Shown one piece after another: positions 50,168 through 59,154 of a stretch of DNA of 59,154 bases. Origin of the DNA: an uncultured Actinomycetes bacterium (GTDB lineage Bacteria; Actinomycetota; Actinomycetes; S36-B12); contig CAJBZP010000087.1 of assembly GCA_903960135.1 (NCBI GenBank), forward strand, positions 1 through 59,154, read 5' to 3'. A program made the translations under genes and the position numbers. Every line of letters starts with the position of its first letter. The first letter of the stretch is position 1. Under the pieces are notes generated by a model. It was not told the origin of the DNA and did not search any database. It was given only the letters and a program-made list of their open reading frames with translations.

Positions 50168-51322
50168 ATGTCATTAGTTGTCCGAATCATTACCGCGAGA
50201 CAACATCGCGAGTGGATTGCCGCCAGGCCGTCGGTTTCATTCTTGCAATTACCCGAATGGGGAGAGGTGAAAGTCGGTTGGACTTCGGAGTCCCTTGGTT
50301 GGTTTGATGGCGGCCGCCTCGTTGGCGCCGGCCTTGTGCTCTATCGGTCAATCCCAAAACTGAAAATCCGCAGCCTCGCTTATCTACCCGAGGGCCCGGA
50401 CATTGACTGGCTGCGCGAGCGCGTACCAGCGGCCACCTTGGATGACTGGCTAAACCCGCTGCTCGCGCACTGCAAATCCCGTGGTGCCTTTGTGTTGAAG
50501 ATGGGACCGGCAATCGCTACTCGACGCTGGCAAAGTGACACCATCAAGTCTGCTATCGCTGATCGCACTGCCGGCTCACCCAACCCTGCGGACCGGATCA
50601 GCGATCTGGTCGCCGACTGGCATTCGACAAGGGCCTTACAAGTTGCCGAGCAACTGCAAGCGCGGGGCTGGCTGCAAGAAGGCGGCGATGAAGCCGGCTT
50701 TGGTGATGTGCAACCCCGCTATGTTTTTCAACTGAATCTGGTCAATAGGTCACTTGGCGAGATATTCGGTGACTTCAATCAATTGTGGCGGCGAAATATT
50801 AGGAAGTCGGAGAAGGCTGGAGTTGAGGTAGCGCGAGGGGATTATTCAGATCTGGCTGCCTTTCACGCTATATATGTCGAGACCGCTAGGCGCGATCATT
50901 TCACCCCCAGAGGTCTTGCCTACTTTGAGCGCATGTGGCAACAACTCAATGATCAGGAACCAGAGCGCCTAACTTTGTATCTGGCCAACTACGAAGGTCA
51001 TGTTGCCGCGGCCACCTTGATGATTCGTGTTGGTAACCACGCTTGGTACTCCTACGGGGCTTCGACTACAGCCGACCGAGATGTGCGTCCGTCAAATGCC
51101 CTGCAATGGCGAATGATCACCGACGCGCACAAATCCGGCTGCGAAATTTTCGATCTTCGAGGGATAGCTGACACGTTAAACCCGGAGAGCCAGTTATTTG
51201 GGTTGGTGCAATTCAAATTAGGTACCGGAGGTTTCGCTCAGGAGTATGTTGGCGAGTGGGACTACGTCCTGCGCGGTGCCTGGGCTAAGGGTTACCGCGT
51301 GTACCAAAGTCGTCGCGGATAA
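50168..51322 (+). CDS. femX: FemABX family peptidoglycan bridge aminoacyltransferase (FemX/VanK-like)
   Basis: SFLQ.P.W..VK..W, QPRY, WRRNIRK, YSYGAS, YD/FDLRG, FKLGTGG. Confidence 0.85.
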   Translation: MSLVVRIITARQHREWIAARPSVSFLQLPEWGEVKVGWTSESLGWFDGGRLVGAGLVLYRSIPKLKIRSLAYLPEGPDIDWLRERVPAATLDDWLNPLLAHCKSRGAFVLKMGPAIATRRWQSDTIKSAIADRTAGSPNPADRISDLVADWHSTRALQVAEQLQARGWLQEGGDEAGFGDVQPRYVFQLNLVNRSLGEIFGDFNQLWRRNIRKSEKAGVEVARGDYSDLAAFHAIYVETARRDHFTPRGLAYFERMWQQLNDQEPERLTLYLANYEGHVAAATLMIRVGNHAWYSYGASTTADRDVRPSNALQWRMITDAHKSGCEIFDLRGIADTLNPESQLFGLVQFKLGTGGFAQEYVGEWDYVLRGAWAKGYRVYQSRRG

Positions 51323-51333
51323 GGGGGAGCAAA

Positions 51334-52500
51334 GTGTCCTTCACCCTCAAAGTTGATGCCACTAAGTGGCGCGACCACCTTTCTGCAGTTAACGAGGCAG
51401 CAAAGCGAACCACCGGATCCAATGCCGTTGGGGTTATCAAGGGCAACGGCTACGGGTTCGGTCAGTCCTTGCTCGCCAACGAGGCCGATCGACTGGGCCT
51501 TGACACCGTTGCGGTCGGCACCGTATTCGAGATCGACGAAGTGCTCAATGATTTTTATGGTGACGTTATTGTGCTCGAGCCATTTGAGCCTCGCGATCTC
51601 GCTGCGGCAACCGCTTGGTGGATGGCCGGCCAGCGGCACGATGCATCTCGGCTTGTGCGTACCGTCTCAAGTGAGAGCGCACTGCGAGCTTTGATTGACG
51701 GCCCCGGTGCGGTGCGCATCTTGCTAGAGGCTCAGACCTCCATGCATCGTTTCGGCTTCAGTGAGTCAGATCTGCTTCGCAGCCTCTCTGACCCCGCTGT
51801 CCGCGCGGCACTTTCTAGTGGCCACGTTCAGGTACTTGGCCTATCGCTGCACCTGCCGTTGGAGCAACCTGCCGACGAGGTAAGCATTCAGGGGATGGCC
51901 AGTGGCACGGCGCGAGTCCGCGAGGTCACCCGGTGGGCCGGACTCTGGCAAGCCGAGACCGCAGTTTGGAGTGGCTCCCACGCACCCGCGAGCACCCTTT
52001 GGGTTTCCCACCTGGACGACTCCGAGTTGGCCGCGGTCGCCCGAACCGCCGACGAGTTGGCAATTCGTGCCCGCACCGGCACTCGCCTTTGGCTCGGTAC
52101 GCGGCCCGCGTTAGCGGTCACGGGCACCGTGCTCGCGGTGCACCCGCTGCCAAGTGGCACACATATTGGTTACCGGCAACGCACCGGCCCGAAGGACAGC
52201 ACCCTCATAGTTGTCTCCGGTGGCACGGCCCACGGCATCGGTCTGGCGGCCCCGACACCTGCGGCCTCCCTTCGGCAACGGGCCGTTACCGCTGGCACCG
52301 GTGTCCTCGACGCGGCCGGGCGCGCACTTTCACCATTTAGTTGGGCCGGTAGTAGGCGTTGGTTTGCCGAGCCACCCCACCAGCATCACTCGATGCTATG
52401 GCTGCCCCGCGGGTGCGTTATCCCTGCAGTAGGCGATCAAGTTCCGGCCGAAGTGCGATTTACTACCTCGCGATTTGATGCCGTGATCGGGTTCGACTAG
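51334..52500 (+). CDS. Alanine-racemase-like PLP enzyme
   Basis: PLP Lys in VIKGNGYGFG, TSMHRFG, HLPL, R.GT.LW, IGYRQ. Confidence 0.8.
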   Translation: MSFTLKVDATKWRDHLSAVNEAAKRTTGSNAVGVIKGNGYGFGQSLLANEADRLGLDTVAVGTVFEIDEVLNDFYGDVIVLEPFEPRDLAAATAWWMAGQRHDASRLVRTVSSESALRALIDGPGAVRILLEAQTSMHRFGFSESDLLRSLSDPAVRAALSSGHVQVLGLSLHLPLEQPADEVSIQGMASGTARVREVTRWAGLWQAETAVWSGSHAPASTLWVSHLDDSELAAVARTADELAIRARTGTRLWLGTRPALAVTGTVLAVHPLPSGTHIGYRQRTGPKDSTLIVVSGGTAHGIGLAAPTPAASLRQRAVTAGTGVLDAAGRALSPFSWAGSRRWFAEPPHQHHSMLWLPRGCVIPAVGDQVPAEVRFTTSRFDAVIGFD

Positions 52501-52504
52501 GTAC

Positions 52505-53896
52505 TCACGCACGCCTAAGCGTGAAGACGTCTGCAGACTTGTCGTAAGGGCCGCCACCGGGATCATCGGCATCTTCGGTAAACCCATCACTGCGAACCGG
52601 ATCATGTTCAGGTTGGACGATGTCACGAATTACCATGATGGCGAAATAGCTTGTCGCCGCAATATGCACGAGAATTGCCAATGCGTACCACTGTTGGGTT
52701 AAACCCTTCACATCCGCATTTCCGTAGCCGACCAAGAACCACCACACCGCGACGAAGTAGATAACTTCGCCCACCTGCCAAATTATGAAGTCTCGCCACT
52801 TCGGCCTTGCTAATACCGCCAGGGGGATCAACCAAAGCACGTACTGCGGCGAATAGACCTTGTTCGTCACCGCAAATGCCGCGATGATCAAGAAAAGTAA
52901 CTGCGCCAGTCGCGGTCGCCGCTTCGCGCGCAGAGCAAGGATGGCGATCGCAAGACACATAACTAGGAAGCAGCCTGTCGCCACCATGTTCAAGATTTCA
53001 TTTGAAACATTTGGTAACTCCAACTGGCTGAGCGCGAACCAAAATGACCCGAAATCCTGGCCGCGGCTCTGACTGAATGTGTAGAAGAAAGCCCAGCCAT
53101 CAAAATTGCCGACGATGAACGGTACGTTCACCATCAACCAAGTCAATACCGTGCCACCCACCAGCGCCGCGAACGGCCGCCACTTGCCAGAGCGCATCGT
53201 CAACACCAAGAAGGCACCGAGGAACAGCAAGGGATAAAACTTTGCGGCAACTGCAAGGCCAAGTAGGAGGCCGGCCGCAAACGGTCGGTTGCGCGACCAC
53301 AGCAGCAGTGCGATGCCGGCGAATGCCAGTGGCAGTAGATCCCAGTTGATAGTGGCTGCAAGTAGCACGCCGGGGGCTAAAGCGAACATCGCTGCGTCCC
53401 ATGGGCGCCGACGCACCGTAAGTGCCGTAGCGACAACGGCGACCACGAGTGGGATGAAAAGCAAAACGACGTTAACGTCGAAGAAGACAGTGCTCGCGGG
53501 CATACTCGGCACGATGGCCGTGATAACCCGAGTGATCATCGCCGCCACCTGCATAAAGATGCCGGTTATCACTGGGTATTCAAGTGGTGTTTGACCCGGC
53601 ATGGTCTGCAGATAAGGCAAGAGACCGTCAGCGAACCCGCGAAGTGAAAACAGCGGCGGGATATCCGAGTAGCAAAGGTGCTCGTAGTTCTCCGGCGACA
53701 CCCAACCGCTATTTCGGCAGGAGAGATCAAGAACATAGCCGATGGCATAGACGCTGGCCGAGAGGGCAATCAGTACCCGAATGGGGTTCCACCAATTGTT
53801 CTTACTTCGAAAGCTCCCGATCGGACCACCGATCGAACCACTTGCATCAGCGGCAATCGAGTCAGCGTGTGAGGGCTCGACAATCTGATTGGTCAT
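52505..53896 (-). CDS. GT87/DUF2029 polyprenyl-sugar glycosyltransferase (Rv0051-like)
   Basis: HLCYSDI, LEYPV, INWDL, AAKFYP, NKVYSPQYVLW. Confidence 0.88.
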   Translation of the reverse strand: MTNQIVEPSHADSIAADASGSIGGPIGSFRSKNNWWNPIRVLIALSASVYAIGYVLDLSCRNSGWVSPENYEHLCYSDIPPLFSLRGFADGLLPYLQTMPGQTPLEYPVITGIFMQVAAMITRVITAIVPSMPASTVFFDVNVVLLFIPLVVAVVATALTVRRRPWDAAMFALAPGVLLAATINWDLLPLAFAGIALLLWSRNRPFAAGLLLGLAVAAKFYPLLFLGAFLVLTMRSGKWRPFAALVGGTVLTWLMVNVPFIVGNFDGWAFFYTFSQSRGQDFGSFWFALSQLELPNVSNEILNMVATGCFLVMCLAIAILALRAKRRPRLAQLLFLIIAAFAVTNKVYSPQYVLWLIPLAVLARPKWRDFIIWQVGEVIYFVAVWWFLVGYGNADVKGLTQQWYALAILVHIAATSYFAIMVIRDIVQPEHDPVRSDGFTEDADDPGGGPYDKSADVFTLRRA

Positions 53897-56085
53897 CCAG
53901 GCACCGCCTCGTCAATAGGCGGCGCTGGTGGGCCATCACTTGGTGCCGGGGCCTCCCCCGGATCAGGTGCGATCTCATCACCGGGCGAAATTGGCTCCGG
54001 CGCACTCTCAGTTGGTATTGGCTCGGTACTGGCGGAAGCTTCAACCGTGGGTTCCGGGCCGAACTCCATCACGCTCGGCGTCGGACAGTAGGAGGGTACC
54101 GGCGTGCCGTCGGTGGGCATGATCAATGGGCAGTCGGGTGCTTTTGTCAGCTCGCCGGTCGGCGCAGCGAACTGGAGTACGGGCTCATTTTGCAGCGCAG
54201 CGGTCATGAATGCGGTCCAGATTGCGGCCGGATACGAGCCACCGGTCACCGTATCCAAGCCACCGGTACCCGAAAGCGAAACCGGTAGCCCACTTGCGTC
54301 CTCTTTTGCCATCAGAACAGCGGTCGCCAATTGTGGGGTGTACCCAACAAACCACGCACTCTTGTTTTCATCAGTAGTTCCGGTCTTCGCTGCTGCCGGG
54401 CGCCCAAGTTTTTGTGCGGCAAATGCGGTGCCGTCGGTCACTACCTTGTTTAATGTGTAGCTCACACTGTTGGCGATCTCGGGTTCGAATGCCGCAATCG
54501 TCTTTGGTTGGTACTCATATAGCAAGCCCCCGTTGAAACCCAGCACCGACTTAATATAGGTCGTCTCGGCCTGCACGCCACTCGCGGCGAAAGTGGCGTA
54601 CGCATTAGCCATACTCAACCCAGACGGTGACGCGGTGCCGAGCACGAACGTTAAATCCAAGCTGTCGAGATTTAGACCAGGCGTGGTCTCAGGAACACCA
54701 GCACGGATTGCCGAATCGGCCACCGCATCCACACCGACTTCTGACTCCAACTGCACATAGGCGCTGTTGATGCTGAACTCGGTCGCTTGCAGCAGCGTCA
54801 CCGGGCCGTAAGACTTATCACCATAGTTCGAAAATGTGTAGCCGTTGACCGTCGATGGCGAATCACCGTTCAACTCAGTGCCAAGTGGCACCCCTTGCTC
54901 AAATGCTGCAGCCAGGGCAAAGGGTTTGAATGTCGACCCGGCTTGCGCGAATTCTCTGGTGGCATTGTTGATCTGATCATCGATGAAGTTCTTGCCCGCA
55001 TACATAGCTACTACTTCACCGGTGCCCGGCCGGACCGCTGCTAAACCGATGCGCAGGCCCTCGGTGTTGGCGTCCGGGCCCGACTTGCGAACCGCGATGG
55101 TCGCGGCTTTTTGTGCAGCCTGATCGAAAGTCGATGTGATGCGAAGTCCGCCGCGTTGAATCTCAGTCTCGTCAAAGCCTAAGTCGATTAGTTGGTCGGT
55201 GACGGCTTGCAGTAAGAACCCGGTTTGCCCACCGAGGCGGTTGCCGGCTCTTTGCTCATTGATCTCCGGGAACCTGGCCGCCTTGCGCTGTTGCGGAGTC
55301 AGCCAGCCCTGCTCAACCATGGAATCCAGAACATAAGTCCATCGGGCCTTTAACGCAGGCAGATTGTCCTCGGGCGCTAAGCCATTTGGTGATTTGATGA
55401 CGGCAGCAAGTACTGCCGCCTGTGAAACATCAAGGTTCTCCACGGTAGTACCGAAGTACGCGATCGAGGCGGCTTCAATTCCGTACGCGCCGCGGCCGAA
55501 GTAGATGGTGTTCAGGTAATCCTCGAGGATCTGATCCTTGGAGACAACGGTCTCCAATTTGAAGGCGAGAAGTAGTTCCTTTGCCTTGCGACTCCACGAC
55601 CTATCCTGAGTTAAGTATGCGTTCTTCGCGTATTGCTGAGTGATGGTGGAGCCACCTTGGGTTGACCCACCCTGCAAGTTGTTTAGCACCGCGCGCCCGA
55701 TCCCAAGTGGCGAAATCCCGCCATGCTCATAGAAGGAGCGGTCTTCAGCGGCGAGTACCGCATGTTGTGCATCGAGTGGAACATCAGCGAGCGCCACACT
55801 GCGCCGCGTGGCTTCACCGAGGCGACCTAGTTCGGTCTGACCGTCGGCCCAATAGACGATGGTCGCCTCACTCGTTGAAACTTCATTGGGCGACGGCACG
55901 GTGGTAAGTGATACCGCCAGCGCGAATGCGCCGACGCCGAGTGCCGCCAGCACCACAAAAATAATGATGAGGCCCCGTAACCAGTGCCGCTTTCGCTTCT
56001 TGGGGCGACTACTCGCAGGTGGAGCCGGGCGCGATTTCACCGCCTTGTTCGCGGTCTTCTTCGCGGGCTGGCGAGGGGTGCTCAC
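53893..56085 (-). CDS. ponA: Class A penicillin-binding protein (transglycosylase/transpeptidase)
   Basis: AEDRSF, GGSTITQQ, RK.KE, YLN.IYFG. TP motifs STFK, SIN, KTG. Pro-rich tail. Confidence 0.93.
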   Translation of the reverse strand: MSTPRQPAKKTANKAVKSRPAPPASSRPKKRKRHWLRGLIIIFVVLAALGVGAFALAVSLTTVPSPNEVSTSEATIVYWADGQTELGRLGEATRRSVALADVPLDAQHAVLAAEDRSFYEHGGISPLGIGRAVLNNLQGGSTQGGSTITQQYAKNAYLTQDRSWSRKAKELLLAFKLETVVSKDQILEDYLNTIYFGRGAYGIEAASIAYFGTTVENLDVSQAAVLAAVIKSPNGLAPEDNLPALKARWTYVLDSMVEQGWLTPQQRKAARFPEINEQRAGNRLGGQTGFLLQAVTDQLIDLGFDETEIQRGGLRITSTFDQAAQKAATIAVRKSGPDANTEGLRIGLAAVRPGTGEVVAMYAGKNFIDDQINNATREFAQAGSTFKPFALAAAFEQGVPLGTELNGDSPSTVNGYTFSNYGDKSYGPVTLLQATEFSINSAYVQLESEVGVDAVADSAIRAGVPETTPGLNLDSLDLTFVLGTASPSGLSMANAYATFAASGVQAETTYIKSVLGFNGGLLYEYQPKTIAAFEPEIANSVSYTLNKVVTDGTAFAAQKLGRPAAAKTGTTDENKSAWFVGYTPQLATAVLMAKEDASGLPVSLSGTGGLDTVTGGSYPAAIWTAFMTAALQNEPVLQFAAPTGELTKAPDCPLIMPTDGTPVPSYCPTPSVMEFGPEPTVEASASTEPIPTESAPEPISPGDEIAPDPGEAPAPSDGPPAPPIDEAVPG

Positions 56086-56134
56086 GGTGACCTCACTGAC
56101 GGGGAAGGTTCAGGTCGGCCCCACTAAGGCTGAC

Positions 56135-56656
56135 CTAGGCCTCCATGAGATCACGGGGGGCCGCCAAAGCGCGCCGCGGCACACCGTCACCGAGGACATA
56201 GGACTTAGTCAGGTAGTTCCAGTGGCAGCGCTGGCAGACCTCAACTACGTAGACCTTGAATCGGCCGAACTGGGTTGCCATCGCCCCCAGCTCATCACTT
56301 CGTCGGACCCGACCGGAGTAGGGCCCGAGTTCGTCGCCATACACGTAGGTGACAGTGACAAAGCCCTGATCACGGCAAACCGGGCACGGCAGGGCCGTTA
56401 GTTCACCGTGGAATTTGGCCGCACGCAGCAGGTAGGTGTCGGCGTCGCAGAACTCGCTGCTCAAGGCCCCGCCGTTGAAGAAGGTGTGCAGTGCACTTCG
56501 CCGTTGCAGTGCGAAGTCGACAACCGACCGAGGTGCCGCCGGGTCTGAGACGTCCTCCGGCTCAGCTACTGGTTCGCGCCTACTTGACGTATTGCCCTTA
56601 CCGGGCTCACCGCGGACGACACTGCCCCGCACACCGGAACGTCTGGGCACGGCCAC
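56135..56656 (-). CDS. DUF5318 protein (Rv0049-like)
   Basis: VDFALQRR, CDA..YL.RAAKFHG, CPVC, VEVC..C.WN. Start uncertain. Confidence 0.82.
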   Translation of the reverse strand: MAVPRRSGVRGSVVRGEPGKGNTSSRREPVAEPEDVSDPAAPRSVVDFALQRRSALHTFFNGGALSSEFCDADTYLLRAAKFHGELTALPCPVCRDQGFVTVTYVYGDELGPYSGRVRRSDELGAMATQFGRFKVYVVEVCQRCHWNYLTKSYVLGDGVPRRALAAPRDLMEA

Positions 56657-56750
56657 AAGCCCAGATCCTACGCGATGTTTGGGCTACCGGCCCCGGAGCA
56701 CCGCCAACCGCCGGAGCGCGGGCCACCCGTGCGGGAGCGGCTTTAGGCTG

Positions 56751-56779
56751 TTGACGGATATATCGTGGCGATATATCGT
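56751..56779 (+). promoter_or_regulatory. Sigma-A promoter with embedded PadR operator, leaderless
   Basis: TTGACG-17-TATCGT, with GTG 6 nt later. Perfect inverted repeat GATATATCG-TGG-CGATATATC at 56757-56777. Confidence 0.8.
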
Positions 56780-56785
56780 AGACAG

Positions 56786-57373
56786 GTGGCCGCCCGCACT
56801 GATCTCCTCGAGTTTGCCTCCTTGGGCGTGCTGGCAGCGGGCCCACTCCACGGTTACGCCCTGCGTAAGTCGCTGACCGAGATCCTCGGCCCGTTTCGCG
56901 CACTGTCCTATGGCTCGCTGTACCCATGCCTTCGCCGACTCCAAGACCGTGGCTGGATCGAGCAACTCGGTGCGGTTCCTGGTACCACTACCAAGCGCGC
57001 CCGGGTTGTTTATGCCCTTACCGGTGATGGCAAGGATGCCTTCGCCGAATGGGCGAACCAACCCGGATCTGATGCGTGGGACGACGAAGGCTTCGCAACC
57101 CGGTTGGCCTTCTTCTCACGCACCGAGGCAAGTGTGCGATTGCGGATCCTTGAAGGTCGCCGCTCGCGACTCGAAGAACAACTGGCCCTAATGCGCGAAT
57201 CGATGAAACGCGGACGCGATCGAATGGACACCTTCCTGCTGCAGATGCAAGAGCACGGGGTTGAGGGTGCGGAGCGTGAAGTTTCCTGGCTTAACAGTTT
57301 GATCCTTGCCGAAAGAAACCTGCCGAAGGTCGGCACATCAATTCCCCCAAAGGTAAAGAGGAGTAAGAAATGA
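56786..57373 (+). CDS. PadR family regulator (Rv0047c-like)
   Basis: LEFA.LG.L...[26 protein letters not shown] overlap with ino1. Confidence 0.88.
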   Translation: MAARTDLLEFASLGVLAAGPLHGYALRKSLTEILGPFRALSYGSLYPCLRRLQDRGWIEQLGAVPGTTTKRARVVYALTGDGKDAFAEWANQPGSDAWDDEGFATRLAFFSRTEASVRLRILEGRRSRLEEQLALMRESMKRGRDRMDTFLLQMQEHGVEGAEREVSWLNSLILAERNLPKVGTSIPPKVKRSKK

Positions 57374-58449
57374 GTTCAATTCGCGTCGCTGTTGTCGGAG
57401 TCGGCAACTGCGCCTCATCGCTCGTGCAAGGCGTGGTGTTCTACAAGGACGCTGATCCTTCCGAGGTGGTACCCGGCCTAATGCACGTGCAGTTCGGGCC
57501 GTACCACGTGCGCGATGTCGAGTTCGTTGCCGCCTTCGATGTCGACTCCAAGAAGGTTGGCCTTGATCTTGCTGATGCCATTGGGGCTTCTGAGAACAAC
57601 ACCATCAAGATCTGCGACGTGCCACCGTCCGGGGTCAAGGTGCAACGCGGCCACACCTTGGATGGCCTCGGTAAGTACTACCGCGAAATGATCACCGAGT
57701 CAGACGCTGAGCCGGTAGATGTTGTTGCGGCCCTGAAGGCGGCACGCGTTGACATTGTGGTGTGCTACCTGCCGGTTGGATCTGATGCCGCAGCCAAGTA
57801 CTACGCACAGTGCGCTATCGATGCGGGTTGCGGTTTCGTTAACGCACTTCCGGTATTCATCGCCGGCACCCCAGAGTGGGCCAAGAAGTTTGAAGATGCT
57901 GGACTGCCGATCGTCGGTGACGACATCAAGAGTCAGGTCGGTGCCACCATCACCCATCGAGTGATGGCGAAGTTGTTCGAGGACCGTGGGGTCGTGTTGG
58001 ATCGCACCTACCAGTTAAATGTCGGCGGCAACATGGATTTCATGAACATGCTCGAGCGCGACCGCCTTGAGTCAAAGAAAATCTCGAAGACCCAATCGGT
58101 CACCTCCCAGGTGGGCCATGACCTCGGGGCCCGCAATGTGCATATCGGCCCATCCGATTACATCGCCTGGCTCGACGACCGCAAGTGGGCATTTGTCCGT
58201 CTGGAGGGCCGGGCCTTTGGCAATGTGCCGCTGAACCTGGAATACAAGCTTGAAGTCTGGGATTCGCCCAACAGCGCCGGGGTGATTATCGACGCGGTGC
58301 GGGCCGCGAAGATCGCCATGGATCGCGGCATTGGCGGACCAATTCTGTCGGCCTCCTCCTACTTCATGAAGTCCCCGCCGGTTCAGTACAACGACAGCCA
58401 GGCCAAACAGGCGGTTGAGGACTTCATCACCGGGGCGGTCGAGCGGTAA
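57370..58449 (+). CDS. ino1: myo-inositol-1-phosphate synthase
   Basis: [43 protein letters not shown]. Confidence 0.96.
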   Translation: MSSIRVAVVGVGNCASSLVQGVVFYKDADPSEVVPGLMHVQFGPYHVRDVEFVAAFDVDSKKVGLDLADAIGASENNTIKICDVPPSGVKVQRGHTLDGLGKYYREMITESDAEPVDVVAALKAARVDIVVCYLPVGSDAAAKYYAQCAIDAGCGFVNALPVFIAGTPEWAKKFEDAGLPIVGDDIKSQVGATITHRVMAKLFEDRGVVLDRTYQLNVGGNMDFMNMLERDRLESKKISKTQSVTSQVGHDLGARNVHIGPSDYIAWLDDRKWAFVRLEGRAFGNVPLNLEYKLEVWDSPNSAGVIIDAVRAAKIAMDRGIGGPILSASSYFMKSPPVQYNDSQAKQAVEDFITGAVER

Positions 58450-58485
58450 TCCGCCCGGGCTGAAAATACTTTGGCCGCAAATTGG

Positions 58486-58514
58486 CTACGGGACCGTAAG
58501 TTACGGTAGCGTAG
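58486..58514. promoter_or_regulatory. Tandem YTACG-N4-CGTAR palindromes
   Basis: CTACG-GGAC-CGTAA (58486-58499) and TTACG-GTAG-CGTAG (58501-58514). Confidence 0.6.
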
Positions 58515-58545
58515 GTTTCCTTCGCGCCTTATCTGGAGGAAACCT

Positions 58546-59154
58546 GTGCTTACCGCGGCTGAACTGCCCGCCATCATTCAAGGCGGGATGGGGGTTTCGG
58601 TCTCCTCGTGGCAGTTGGCCCGATCCGTGGCCCAGCAAGGTCACCTCGGCGTCGTCTCGGGTACCGCCCTTGACCTAGTGCTGGCGCGGCGCCTACAAGA
58701 TGGCGACGCAGGTGGGCACGCGCGCCGGGCCCTGGCCGCCTTCCCTGAACCGGCGATGGCCAAGCGCGTACTTGATCGCTACTTCATTGCCGGTGGCCGC
58801 GCCGCCGGCACCCCTTACAGCCCTATTCCCCGACTTGCGATTCGGCAACGTCGTGCCCTACAAGAACTTGCCGTCACCGGCAGCTTCGTCGATGTCTGGT
58901 TGGCTAAGGAAGGTCATGACGGCCTAGTCGGCATCAACTGCTTAGAGAAGATCCAGATGGCCACGCCGGCAACCCTTTATGGCGCGATGCTTGCGAATGT
59001 CGATACGGTCCTGATGGGCGCCGGCGTGCCGCGCAACATCCCCAACCTGCTAAATACGCTCGCCCGCAACGAAGCCGTTCACTTCCCGATTGACGTTGAT
59101 GGTGCCGACGACGGCGCATTCACCGTCGACTTTGATCCGATCGACCTAATGGGG
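58546..59154 (+). CDS. Nitronate monooxygenase / FabK-like FMN enzyme, 3'-truncated by window edge
   Basis: Missing from the ORF track. RBS GGAGGA, then GTG LTAAELPAIIQGGMGVSVSSWQLA...LGVVSG...GINCLEK...MGAGVP, open to the window end. Confidence 0.85.
   Translation, partial: MLTAAELPAIIQGGMGVSVSSWQLARSVAQQGHLGVVSGTALDLVLARRLQDGDAGGHARRALAAFPEPAMAKRVLDRYFIAGGRAAGTPYSPIPRLAIRQRRALQELAVTGSFVDVWLAKEGHDGLVGINCLEKIQMATPATLYGAMLANVDTVLMGAGVPRNIPNLLNTLARNEAVHFPIDVDGADDGAFTVDFDPIDLMG

Noticed and set aside
53896-54170. Pro/Glu-rich low-complexity tail of PonA as a novel repeat
   Set aside because: Such tails are usual in actinobacterial class A PBPs, and there is no exact nucleotide periodicity.
53584-54288. 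234-aa Arg-rich ORF, and similar ORFs at 27875-28501, 24727-25302 and 26443-26979
   Set aside because: All are antisense shadows of well-supported genes.

Overview
This 59 kb window is a high-GC, gene-dense actinobacterial chromosome segment. The evidence is dprE1/E2, a mycothiol-dependent enzyme, and the ino1-PadR-DUF5318-ponA-GT87 and rpsF-ssb-rpsR-rplI-dnaB synteny that usually lies near oriC. From left to right it holds: an NAD-linked Mo formate dehydrogenase (fdsB end, then fdsA fused in frame to an FdsD-like domain); a FadF/HdrD-like Fe-S membrane protein; a HigBA-like pair with a TGA at toxin codon 3; dcd; tRNA-Gly(CCC) followed by a decayed Phd/VapC pair, a gene fragment and an unknown lipoprotein; ubiA-dprE1-dprE2; an acyl-CoA dehydrogenase; copC and copD/ctaG; bkd/pdh E1a-E1b-E2 with an Lrp regulator; a convergent DosR/DosS-like pair; a PP2C phosphatase; a clan-A glycosidase; an amine/amide catabolic cluster; an intact VapBC; dnaB with a 427-aa LAGLIDADG intein and an upstream DnaA-box array; three tandem DUF805 genes; the S6 operon with a Cys-free S18; and cell-wall genes, ino1 and a truncated nitronate-monooxygenase-like gene. 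Many genes look leaderless. I saw no CRISPR array, rRNA, integrase or transposase. No novel system can be proven from sequence alone. The best candidates are the aminotransferase/deacetylase/DmpA/SBP/S9 cluster, the FdsA-FdsD fusion, the two toxins stopped by TGA at Trp positions, and the small-membrane-protein array next to dnaB. All product calls come from motif recognition, not database searches.
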